Notes: generated from the letters alone by a model not told the origin. A stretch of DNA of 37,272 nt from Desulfobacteraceae bacterium (GCA_030615565.1 JAUWZC010000001.1:1-37272); one strand, 5' to 3'. Positions 26,478 to 34,423 are shown, counted from the first letter of the stretch. A program made the numbers and translations.

Positions 26478-27200
26478 ATGGCACGGGTTATATTAGTATT
26501 TAATAAAAAAGTGATTAAAGAGTATCCTTTTGCCAAAGATAGCATGACCATCGGGCGGGATGAAGTAAATGATATTGTAATCGATAATCTGGCGGTATCC
26601 GGTCACCATGCTAGGATAGACAAAACCGGAGATACCTATATCCTTACCGACTTACAAAGTACAAACGGAACCTTTGTTAATGATAAGAAAATTACCTCTC
26701 ATAAATTGCTGCATAAGGATAAAGTAATTATTGGCAAACATCTCCTTTTCTTTGCTATGTCAAAGCAGGAACAAGCCAAAGCTAAAGATGGAGAGCTTGA
26801 TAAGACCATGATCCTTGACACAGCCAGGCAAAAGGAGCTATTAGAGAAACAGGCTGAAAAAAAGGCCATGGCTGTACCCGCTCAAAAAGGTAAACTTGGT
26901 ATCATAACCTTCATCGACGGTTCCGGTGAAGGCGAAATTCAACTGACGAAAAAACTAACCAAGATAGGCAAAGCTGAAACGTCGGAAATAAGGCTCGGTG
27001 GTGTGTTCATGCCTCCTACAGCAGCTACTATCAGTCGCAGACCAAATGGTTATGCTATTTCATCCACTGGTGGGAGAACAAAGGTAAAAGTAAATGATCA
27101 GGTGATAAAAGAAAGCCATTACCTGAAGGATTTTGATACAATTGAAATAGGATCATACAAATTCCAATTCTATAGCCAGGATAGTAAAGATGCAAAATAA
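26478..27200 (+). CDS. Double FHA-domain protein (canonical N-terminal FHA plus degenerate C-terminal FHA-like domain)
   Basis: 240-aa ORF. The N-terminal domain has MTIGRDEVNDIVIDNLAVSGHHARI..LQSTNGTFVND. The C-terminal part reads TKIGKAETSEIRL..ATISRRPNGYAISS..KVKVNDQVI. Confidence 0.8.
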   Translation: MARVILVFNKKVIKEYPFAKDSMTIGRDEVNDIVIDNLAVSGHHARIDKTGDTYILTDLQSTNGTFVNDKKITSHKLLHKDKVIIGKHLLFFAMSKQEQAKAKDGELDKTMILDTARQKELLEKQAEKKAMAVPAQKGKLGIITFIDGSGEGEIQLTKKLTKIGKAETSEIRLGGVFMPPTAATISRRPNGYAISSTGGRTKVKVNDQVIKESHYLKDFDTIEIGSYKFQFYSQDSKDAK

Positions 27201-28164
27201 AATAAGTAGAAAAAATAGAGTAAAAATAAATATACTTTATTTAATTATTGCTATCCTTCTTTCTTCCCCTTTTTATTTAGAGGCATCTGAAAGGCAATCT
27301 ATCAAGGTTAAAGCAGATGACTCGATAAGTTTCCTTAGCTTCAAAATTTATGGCAGATTCCACCCTGAAATGCTTAAACAATTCTCAAAAATTAATCCCC
27401 ATGTTAAAGATTGGAATAATCTTACTGTAGGAACAGAAATAAAATTTCTAACCGAAAAAGAAATGAATAGCATTATTCCAGAGCAAAAAAAAGAAGTGAT
27501 AATTATAACCTTTTTGAAACATCCAGTAAAAATTAAAAAGGGTGCCAAAGGTCCTCATAAAAGAGCTCTATTAAATATGATCCTTGATTCAAAAGATTGT
27601 ATAGAGGTAAGAAGTGGTGGCAGCGTAGAATTAATGATGAGCTATGGAAGGGTCATCAGGCTAAATGAGGGCTCAACCTTAAAAATTGGTACCTTAAAGA
27701 GGGATGAGAAAAAAAAATCAGTTGTAGGAAAATTCAAACTCTTTCTTGGAAGGCTCTGGGGAAAGGTATTAAAGGCTCGATCTTATAGAAAAAAAGAGAT
27801 GTACGTGTCCACGCCAACACTCGTAGCTGGTGTCAGAGGGACAGCATATGACCTAAAATTAAAGCGTGACCAGTCCACAATCATCAAGGTTTTTGAAGGA
27901 GAGGTTGAAATATATAATCCTTTACAAAAAATGCCCGAATCCGGAGTTATTAAGGATTTTAAAAAACCACATAGGGTTAAAGGCCCCCACAGAATCACCG
28001 AAAAAGAATGGAATGAGATCCTTCTCAGGCAATACCAACAAGTAATTGTTACAAAAGAGGGCATTAGCGAACCTATTATATTCGACTACGAAAAGGAAAG
28101 GCAAACTGAATGGATAAAATGGAATGAAGAGAGGGATCTAAGATTAAGTGAAAGGGAGACCTAA
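27190..28164 (+). CDS. Exported LysM-like / FecR-domain protein
   Basis: 324-aa ORF overlapping the FHA gene stop by 11 nt. It has a signal or anchor helix ILYLIIAILLSSPFYL and a LysM-like segment IKVKADDSISFLSFKIYG..NNLTVGTEIKF. The FecR-like beta region reads IRLNEGSTLKI..VAGVRGTAYDL..VFEGEVEIYN. Confidence 0.65.
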   Translation: MQNKISRKNRVKINILYLIIAILLSSPFYLEASERQSIKVKADDSISFLSFKIYGRFHPEMLKQFSKINPHVKDWNNLTVGTEIKFLTEKEMNSIIPEQKKEVIIITFLKHPVKIKKGAKGPHKRALLNMILDSKDCIEVRSGGSVELMMSYGRVIRLNEGSTLKIGTLKRDEKKKSVVGKFKLFLGRLWGKVLKARSYRKKEMYVSTPTLVAGVRGTAYDLKLKRDQSTIIKVFEGEVEIYNPLQKMPESGVIKDFKKPHRVKGPHRITEKEWNEILLRQYQQVIVTKEGISEPIIFDYEKERQTEWIKWNEERDLRLSERET

Positions 28165-28176
28165 TAAAGGCTAACT

Positions 28177-28422
28177 TTACTTCCCTGGCACACCTAAAGA
28201 TTTAAGTCTTTTATCTGTCATTTCCTTTAATCTTGTTTCTATCTGGTGTTCTGAAAAGGTCTTCTGACAGTGTGTGCATTGGTAGATTTCTTCTACGACC
28301 TCATCATATATAAGATTATCTGAAAAATTTACTCTTCGGAACTGGGTAGAAAAATTATAGATCTGAATAAAATTTTTATTCTTACATTTATCACACAAAA
28401 AATAATCCTTGATAGTATTCAT
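28177..28422 (-). CDS. Small 4-Cys zinc-ribbon protein, unknown function
   Basis: The 81-aa form starts at MNTIKDY, with a GGGGG stretch a few nt upstream as a possible RBS. It has two CxxC pairs (CDKC and CTHC) about 45 residues apart. The track's TTG start at 28434 is the alternative. Confidence 0.5.
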   Translation of the reverse strand: MNTIKDYFLCDKCKNKNFIQIYNFSTQFRRVNFSDNLIYDEVVEEIYQCTHCQKTFSEHQIETRLKEMTDKRLKSLGVPGK

Positions 28423-28697
28423 TAGTGCCCCCAAAAAAGCATCTCTCTCTTGCGATCAGGTAAATTCTCTTACCCAATTTAGTCTACTTTGTCAAAGAAA
28501 ATATGGTTAATGGTCTTCTCTAATTGACAATTATAGAAAAAATTTATCTTTATTTGTGTTTATTGAATTAACTTTAGCTCACTTTGAAATTTAGGGATTA
28601 AAAATATAATTATCTTCTTGAATGATGATTTTTCTTGTGTTAAAAGGAACAAAATTAACATCCTTTTAATAATAAGACAAAGGTTAAGGAGGGAAAA

Positions 28698-28964
28698 ATG
28701 GCGGCTTTAATTGGTGGCTTGGTATCTTTGGTTTTGGGGGTTATAGGAATTATTATCTTTTGGGGATATTTTGTTAAGGCCTTAGCAGCTGGAATACCTG
28801 CTCTACTTATCTTGGGTGGTGCCTTAGCCACATATCTTGGCATTGAAGAATGGAAAGATAAAAAAAGTGCCCAGAATTTCACCGAAGAACCTGATACAAG
28901 CAAGCTAAAGGAAGAGGTAGAAAGTCTGAAAAAAGAGGTAGAGGATCTTAAAAAAGAAGAATAA
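28698..28964 (+). CDS. Small two-TM hairpin membrane protein with charged coiled-coil tail
   Basis: 88-aa ORF with a GGAGGG RBS (28689-28694). It has two Gly/Ala-rich helices (LIGGLVSLVLGVIGIIIFWGYF and AAGIPALLILGGALATYLGI) and the tail EEPDTSKLKEEVESLKKEVEDLKKEE. Confidence 0.6.
   Translation: MAALIGGLVSLVLGVIGIIIFWGYFVKALAAGIPALLILGGALATYLGIEEWKDKKSAQNFTEEPDTSKLKEEVESLKKEVEDLKKEE
28878..28964 (+). repeat. Shared C-terminal tail module, copy 2 (inverted relative to 17963-18046)
   Basis: It encodes FTEEPDTSKLKEEVESLKKEVEDLKKEE*. It contains the 15-nt identical run GCTAAAGGAAGAGGT and a second run, GAAGAAC-(C/T)-TGATACAAG, identical to copy 1 except at that one position. Confidence 0.8.
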
Positions 28965-29006
28965 TTTGATTCCTCATTTAAGATATATTGGAATCAGTTT
29001 AAATCT

Positions 29007-29426
29007 TCAACTCTTGAAAATCTCCAATTCATTAAAAAAGTAAGCAATCTCAAATGCAGCACTTTGGGGGCTATCTGATCCATGAACAACATTTTTTTCA
29101 ATATTTGTTGCATAATCATGTCTAATAGTGCCTTTAGCGGCCTCCTTATGGTTGGTAGCCCCCATTAATTTCCTATAGACATTAATAGCATCTTTACCCT
29201 CCAAGACCATGGCCACACACGGTCCGGAAGACATGAAATCAGTAACACTTTCATAAAATGGTTTGCCAGCATGTACTCTGTAAAAACCTTTAGCCTGCTC
29301 TTTTGTCATCCAGATCATTTTAACAGCTAGAATACTTAGGTCTTCTTTTTCTAATCGCCTGATTATCTCACCTATAAAACCTCTGGCCACACCATCTGGT
29401 TTAATTATAGCTAATGTCCTTTCCAT
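29007..29426 (-). CDS. ndk: Nucleoside diphosphate kinase
   Basis: The start is placed at MERTLAIIKPDG, with a GAGGAGG RBS about 8 nt upstream. The active-site region is NVVHGSDS. The longer 152-aa ORF start lacks an RBS. Confidence 0.93.
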   Translation of the reverse strand: MERTLAIIKPDGVARGFIGEIIRRLEKEDLSILAVKMIWMTKEQAKGFYRVHAGKPFYESVTDFMSSGPCVAMVLEGKDAINVYRKLMGATNHKEAAKGTIRHDYATNIEKNVVHGSDSPQSAAFEIAYFFNELEIFKS

Positions 29427-29452
29427 TCTAATATCCTCCTCACAATAATGTA

Positions 29453-29480
29453 TGTCATTTGTCAATAGGCATTTGTCACT
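29453..29480 (+). repeat. Heptamer array TGTCATT-TGTCAAT-AGGCATT-TGTCACT
   Basis: Four consecutive degenerate (T/A)GTCATT heptamers lie in the ndk / ETF-QO divergent spacer. Confidence 0.6.
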
Positions 29481-29519
29481 GGATTAAAAAAAAATAGTCA
29501 GGGAATTCCATATTTTACA

Positions 29520-29540
29520 AATGACTAATGACCAGTGACG
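29520..29540 (-). repeat. Heptamer array in inverted orientation (minus strand CGTCACT-GGTCATT-AGTCATT)
   Basis: The plus strand reads AATGACT-AATGACC-AGTGACG. GTCACTGG (29475-29482) is exactly complementary to CCAGTGAC (29532-29539). Confidence 0.6.
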
Positions 29541-29633
29541 TACCTATAATTCAGCCTGACCCCACATATCTCATAAATAAAAGATCAGTCAAGCAAAAAG
29601 CTGTATACTGTCAGATACAATACTAAAATTGTC

Positions 29634-29663
29634 TTGCAGCATATTTGGGTACTGTGCTATAAA
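29634..29663 (+). promoter_or_regulatory. Candidate extended -10 promoter for the ETF-QO gene
   Basis: TTGCAG (29634-29639), an 18-nt spacer ending in TGC, then TATAAA (29658-29663), so the context is TGcTATAAA. It lies about 70 nt upstream of the start at 29732. Confidence 0.35.
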
Positions 29664-29731
29664 ATCATTTCCAAATTTGGGTTAGTAGAAAATCGCAGCA
29701 AATTCAACATATCAATAAGGAGGATTGAATA

Positions 29732-31435
29732 GTGGAAGAAGAAAGAGAAATTATGGAAGTAGACGTACTCTTTGTAGGTGGTGGTATTGCCAGTCTGAGT
29801 GGTGCCTTTCATCTCTCGAATCTCATAAAGGAACACAATAATAAGGTGGAGCAAGAAGGAAAAGGGGAAAGGTTTGATGAAATAATGATTGCACTGCTCG
29901 AAAAAGGTACCGATATAGGCTCCCATAGTATTTCTGGGGCTATTATGGATCCTGTTGCCCTCAAAGAGCTTATCCCTGACTTTCTGGAAAAAGGTGCACC
30001 ACTTGAAGGTGAGATTAAAAAAGAGGAGGTCTCCCTGTTAACCAAGAAAGGTCGAATTAAGTCTCCTATAACACCTCCTCCTCTCAATAACCATGGGAAT
30101 TATATTGTCTCACTTTCAAAGGTGACTAACTGGCTCGGTAATTTGGTCGAGGAAAATGGCGTTGATATCTTCCCTGGATTCGCAGGAACAGAGATACTCT
30201 ATGAAGGCAACAGAGTTATTGGAGTGAGGACAGGTGACAAAGGAATAGATCCAGATGGTAATAAGAAAGCAAACTTTGAACCAGGAATTGATTTACATGC
30301 CAAGGTCACTGTGTTTGGGGAAGGCACAAGAGGGAGCCTAACCAAGGGCCTTATAAAAAAATTGAACTTAGACAAAGGCAAAAGTCCACAGACCTATGTA
30401 GTTGGAGTAAAAGAGGTTTGGGAAATTCCAGAGGAAAGATTTGAGCCAGGACAAGTTTTCCATAGCATGGGTTACCCCCTTAAAACTAACACATATGGCG
30501 GAGGTTTCATCTACGGAATGAAAAATAACATGGTCTCAATTGGCCTTTTGACTGGACTGGACTGTGAAGACCCATTCCTGGATCCCCATCTTGAATTTCA
30601 AAAGTTCAAACTCCATCCTTTCGTTGCTGAGATATTAAAAGACAGCAAACTTGTCCAATATGGAGCAAAAACAGCTCCAGTTGGAGGATACTTTTCTATT
30701 CCAAAAATAGCATTTGATGGAGGAGTTATTATTGGAGATTCAGCCAGCCTATTTATCAGCCAAAAGATCAAAGGGATTCACATTGCTATGAAATCAGGTA
30801 TGCTTGCCGCTGAAACGATCTTGGAGGCACTTTTAAAAAATGATTTCTCTTCTGCCCAGCTTGAGCGATACCAAACATCCCTCTATAAAAGCTACATAGG
30901 CAAAGAACTTTACAAGATAAGGAATTTTCATCAAGCATTCCAGAGGGGTTTATGGATAGGCCTCATTAAAACTGGATTTCAATATATCTTGGGAGGTAGA
31001 ATTTTGAAGGGAAGGCTTCCTACAGAGCCCGATTTTGTCCATCAAAAAAAGATAATCGATTTCTATGGAACTACCCCCCCTACAGATGAACAAAAAGGGA
31101 TAATCAAATTCGATGGAAAGAAAACCTTTGATAAAGAATCTGATGTGTATTATTCAGGAACAATCCATGAAGAACAACAGCCGGCACACCTCAAGATACC
31201 TGATCTGAATATCTGCTATACTAAATGCAGAGAAGAATACCAGAACCCATGCCTTAGCTTTTGTCCTGCTAATGTCTATGAAATGGAAATTGATGAGGAG
31301 ACAGGTAAACCAAGGATGAAATTAAATTTTTCTAACTGCGTCCATTGTAAGACCTGCGATATAAAAGATCCCTATGAAAATATCACATGGGTAACACCTG
31401 AAGGCGGAGGAGGTCCAAAATACACTGTTATGTAG
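29732..31435 (+). CDS. Electron-transfer flavoprotein:quinone oxidoreductase (ETF dehydrogenase)
   Basis: 567-aa ORF with a GTG start 7 nt after AGGAGG. It has the FAD motif DVLFVGGGIASLS and the C-terminal ferredoxin-like region CPANVYE..NCVHCKTCDIKDP..WVTPEGGGGPKY. Confidence 0.9.
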   Translation: MEEEREIMEVDVLFVGGGIASLSGAFHLSNLIKEHNNKVEQEGKGERFDEIMIALLEKGTDIGSHSISGAIMDPVALKELIPDFLEKGAPLEGEIKKEEVSLLTKKGRIKSPITPPPLNNHGNYIVSLSKVTNWLGNLVEENGVDIFPGFAGTEILYEGNRVIGVRTGDKGIDPDGNKKANFEPGIDLHAKVTVFGEGTRGSLTKGLIKKLNLDKGKSPQTYVVGVKEVWEIPEERFEPGQVFHSMGYPLKTNTYGGGFIYGMKNNMVSIGLLTGLDCEDPFLDPHLEFQKFKLHPFVAEILKDSKLVQYGAKTAPVGGYFSIPKIAFDGGVIIGDSASLFISQKIKGIHIAMKSGMLAAETILEALLKNDFSSAQLERYQTSLYKSYIGKELYKIRNFHQAFQRGLWIGLIKTGFQYILGGRILKGRLPTEPDFVHQKKIIDFYGTTPPTDEQKGIIKFDGKKTFDKESDVYYSGTIHEEQQPAHLKIPDLNICYTKCREEYQNPCLSFCPANVYEMEIDEETGKPRMKLNFSNCVHCKTCDIKDPYENITWVTPEGGGGPKYTVM

Positions 31436-31474
31436 AAACGTAACGGGACCTCAATAACAAACTCCGATTTTGCC

Positions 31475-31504
31475 TTGACACATCATTGTTTTCTTATCTA
31501 TAGT
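31475..31504 (+). promoter_or_regulatory. Candidate sigma70-type promoter followed by a palindrome (possible operator) ahead of the FAD/FeS dehydrogenase
   Basis: TTGACA (31475-31480), an 18-nt spacer, then TATAGT (31499-31504). The palindrome ATAGCTA-AAAAG-TAGCTAT at 31511-31529 lies just downstream. Confidence 0.35.
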
Positions 31505-31558
31505 TACTTTATAGCTAAAAAGTAGCTATATTTTTAACATAATTTGAGAGGTACAGTC

Positions 31559-34156
31559 ATGGATATAGTTAGCGAAATTTCGAAGATTGTAGGCGAAGAA
31601 AATGTATTTTCTGATCCCGTGGAATGTATATGCAATTCTCGTGATATGTCAGTCCATGTAGGAGTACCTGATGTTGTGGTTTACGCCCAAACCACAGAGC
31701 AGATATCTGCTATTATGAAATTAGCCAATCAGGAAAAAACTCCCGTTACAATCCAGGGATCTGGCACAAGCGTAACCGGTGCATCTCTACCAGTAGAAGG
31801 CGGCATACTCCTGGATGTCCATCGGATGAACAAGATTCTGGAAATCAATAAGGACAATTTTTATGCAAGGGTGGAACCTGGGGTTATCTGTATGGATCTA
31901 AACAGGGCCCTGGGTAAAGAAAATCTTATGTTTCCCCCTAACCCTGGCAGCGAGCTTATTGCATCAATAGGTGGCATGATGTCTACCAATTCAAGCGGGC
32001 ACAGGGCAGTTAAATATGGCACAGCCAGGGACTATATAAAATCTCTCAAAGTCGTTCTGGCTGATGGAACTATCATTGATACTGGTTTTAAAACCCCCAA
32101 ATCATCCATGGGCTATGATCTGAACCATGTCTTTGCAAGCTCAGAAGGGACACTTGGTGTCATTACAGAGATTACCGTTAAGATTCAACCTCGTCCTGAA
32201 TACTCTGCCCTTGCCCTGGCAATCTTCCATGACCTGGACGCCGCTGGAAAAGCGGTTACCGATATAATAACCTCGGGGATACAACTCACTGCATGTGAGA
32301 TACTGGACAAATATTCTCTCAAAATTGTGGAAGATGTTATTGGCAAGGATGTAAGCAAGATAGAAGCCATGCTGATCATTGAGTCAGATGGTGTCAAAGA
32401 AACGGTAATCAGGGATATGGAAAGGATTAAAGAGGTATGTAAAAAATACAATGTGGAAGAGTTCACCTGGAGTGATGACCCAGCCAAGGCTGGCGAAATA
32501 ATGGAGGCACGGGGAAAACTGGTCCCAACACTGTCAAGAATCAAACCTGGCAATAGACTTGTTCCCATATCAGAAGATCTCGGTATCCCCCCAACAAAAA
32601 TCCCTGAAACAATCAAAAAGGCACAAGCTATAGCAGATAAATATAACTTACTCCTTACTACCTTTGGCCATATAGGAGATGGGAATGTCCATACAACCTT
32701 TGTAACTGATATGAGAAGCCAGGATGACTGGGACAGGCTGAAACCGGCTGCTGATGAACTTGCTGAAATTGCCCTTGAGATGGGAGGCACCATTACCGCT
32801 GAACACGGAACCGGTCTTGCCAGGGCACCATACATAGAAAAACAACTGGGCCCAGCATTGGAGGTTATGAGGTCTATAAAGAAAGCCCTTGATCCTAACG
32901 GTATACTGAATCCAGGCAAAATGGGATTGGACAAAAAGAAACACGACATCTACGACCATTTTGCCTTCAAACCACTTTTAGAGCATCCAGAGGGTCTCAA
33001 CTCCTTTGGTTTTGATGTGGACAATGAGATCCTTGCTTGCATAAACTGTGCATTTTGCCGCTTAGGATGCCCTACCTATGACGTCACCCAATTAGAGTCA
33101 AGGAATGCCAGGGGCAGGACCATTTTGGCATTCAACCTAATGACCGGGACAATTAAGCCCTCCAAGGAATTGGCAGAATCATTTTATACATGTACTACCT
33201 GTAATGCCTGTACATATTTCTGTCCTGCTCTGATTAAGGTAGATGAGATTATTCAAAAAGGCCGTGAAAAGCTCTTTGCCTCTGGTGTTGCTCCTGAACC
33301 GGTTATGGCACTGAGAGATAGCATCCTGAATACAGATAATGTCTATGCCGCTACAAAGGAAGACAGAATCGCCATCTATCCATCATCTATAAAGAAAAAG
33401 GTAGAAACAGGTGAGCTAAAGAAAAAGGCAGACACCCTCCTGTTTATGGGTTGTGTCTCAAGTTATTTAGATATGAAAATAATCCCAAGCCTTTTTAAAA
33501 TCATGGATGCCGCTGATATAGATTACACAATGCTTGGAGTTGAAGAGATCTGCTGCGGATTTCCATTACACCTGATGGGGGATCAGGAAAAATTTGAGCA
33601 AACTGCCAGAAGCCTCATTGATCGTATTAAGGAAACCGGGGCAAAAGAGCTGATAACTCCCTGTGCCGGTTGTTATAAAACATTCACAAAATATTATCCT
33701 GAGGCAGGGGATTTAGCATTGGAAGTCTTTCATTCTATTCACTATATTCCCAAACTTATAAAGGAGAAAAAGATAGAATTGGGTGGTGATCTTGGTAAAA
33801 AAGTCACCTACCATGATCCATGCGATCTGGGCCGGACTTTTCAAATATTCGAGGGCCCACGGGATATACTAAAGGCCATCCCTGATATTGATTTCGTTGA
33901 GATGTCCAGAAACCGCTTGAAGGCCAGGTGCTGTGGAGGCGGTGGAAGTGTCATGGCCCTGGAACCAGAGCTCGCAGCAGATATGGCAGCAATCAGGGTA
34001 AAAGATGCTGTGGACGTAAATGCAGAGATAATAGTGTCTGGTTGTTCAGCATGCAAGGATAACCTCAGGAAAGGGATAAAGACCATCCCCAAAGAGGAAA
34101 GACCAAAAATCAGGGTAATGGATATTACTGAGATAGTAGCCAATTCTATTGTTTAG
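31559..34156 (+). CDS. FAD-linked oxidase fused to a 4Fe-4S / CCG-domain (GlcF/HdrD-like) module; putative D-lactate/2-hydroxyacid dehydrogenase of the fused Dld-II type
   Basis: The start is at MDIVSEI, with ATG 7 nt after GAGAGG. The FAD_binding_4-like N-terminus reads TPVTIQGSGTSVTGAS. It is followed by CINCAFCRLGCP and CTTCNACTYFCP, then two CCG repeats (..CCGFP.. and ..HDPCDLGR..CCGGGG). Confidence 0.85.
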   Translation: MDIVSEISKIVGEENVFSDPVECICNSRDMSVHVGVPDVVVYAQTTEQISAIMKLANQEKTPVTIQGSGTSVTGASLPVEGGILLDVHRMNKILEINKDNFYARVEPGVICMDLNRALGKENLMFPPNPGSELIASIGGMMSTNSSGHRAVKYGTARDYIKSLKVVLADGTIIDTGFKTPKSSMGYDLNHVFASSEGTLGVITEITVKIQPRPEYSALALAIFHDLDAAGKAVTDIITSGIQLTACEILDKYSLKIVEDVIGKDVSKIEAMLIIESDGVKETVIRDMERIKEVCKKYNVEEFTWSDDPAKAGEIMEARGKLVPTLSRIKPGNRLVPISEDLGIPPTKIPETIKKAQAIADKYNLLLTTFGHIGDGNVHTTFVTDMRSQDDWDRLKPAADELAEIALEMGGTITAEHGTGLARAPYIEKQLGPALEVMRSIKKALDPNGILNPGKMGLDKKKHDIYDHFAFKPLLEHPEGLNSFGFDVDNEILACINCAFCRLGCPTYDVTQLESRNARGRTILAFNLMTGTIKPSKELAESFYTCTTCNACTYFCPALIKVDEIIQKGREKLFASGVAPEPVMALRDSILNTDNVYAATKEDRIAIYPSSIKKKVETGELKKKADTLLFMGCVSSYLDMKIIPSLFKIMDAADIDYTMLGVEEICCGFPLHLMGDQEKFEQTARSLIDRIKETGAKELITPCAGCYKTFTKYYPEAGDLALEVFHSIHYIPKLIKEKKIELGGDLGKKVTYHDPCDLGRTFQIFEGPRDILKAIPDIDFVEMSRNRLKARCCGGGGSVMALEPELAADMAAIRVKDAVDVNAEIIVSGCSACKDNLRKGIKTIPKEERPKIRVMDITEIVANSIV

Positions 34157-34185
34157 TGTTTATTGTATCTATTTTGTAACTACTC

Positions 34186-34324
34186 AGGTTCAGAGTTCCG
34201 GGGTTCACGCCTGCTCGCCGGACGGCAGGCGGGGTTCAAGGGTAGAAGACGATGAACATACCTGCCAGCCGTCTGGCAGGAGGGTATGAGGAGCGGAAAG
34301 CGACAAACTTTGAACCCTGAACCT
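34186..34324. repeat. G+C-rich REP/MITE-like intergenic element with terminal inverted repeats and two internal hairpins
   Basis: AGGTTCAGAGTTC (34186-34198) matches the reverse complement of GAACCCTGAACCT (34312-34324) at 12 of 13 positions. Internal hairpins are CGCCTGC-N10-GCAGGCG and CCTGCCAG-CCGT-CTGGCAGG (34261-34280). By hand count, 34191-34330 is about 59% G+C. Confidence 0.6.
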
Positions 34325-34423
34325 TGAACCAGACAACCTGGATAGTTACTCTATTTTTTCTATTTAGTTTAAAGGATTTTTCACTTAAAGAACTCGAGAA
34401 ACTATTAGATAAGGAGGATAAAA

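Noticed and set aside
15495-28164. Type VI secretion regulatory module (PpkA/PppA/Fha-like triad)
   Set aside because: The kinase/PP2C/FHA combination resembles the T6SS threonine-phosphorylation switch. However, no TssA-M, Hcp, VgrG or ClpV-like ORFs occur anywhere in the window. The only machinery genes are of the type IV filament type.
32185-32949. 254-aa ORF on the minus strand, plus the overlapping 103-aa ORF at 32648-32959
   Set aside because: It lies entirely antisense to the well-supported FAD-oxidase gene. The translation is Ser/Ile/Pro-rich low complexity with no motifs. Long antisense ORFs of this kind are a common artefact opposite real genes.
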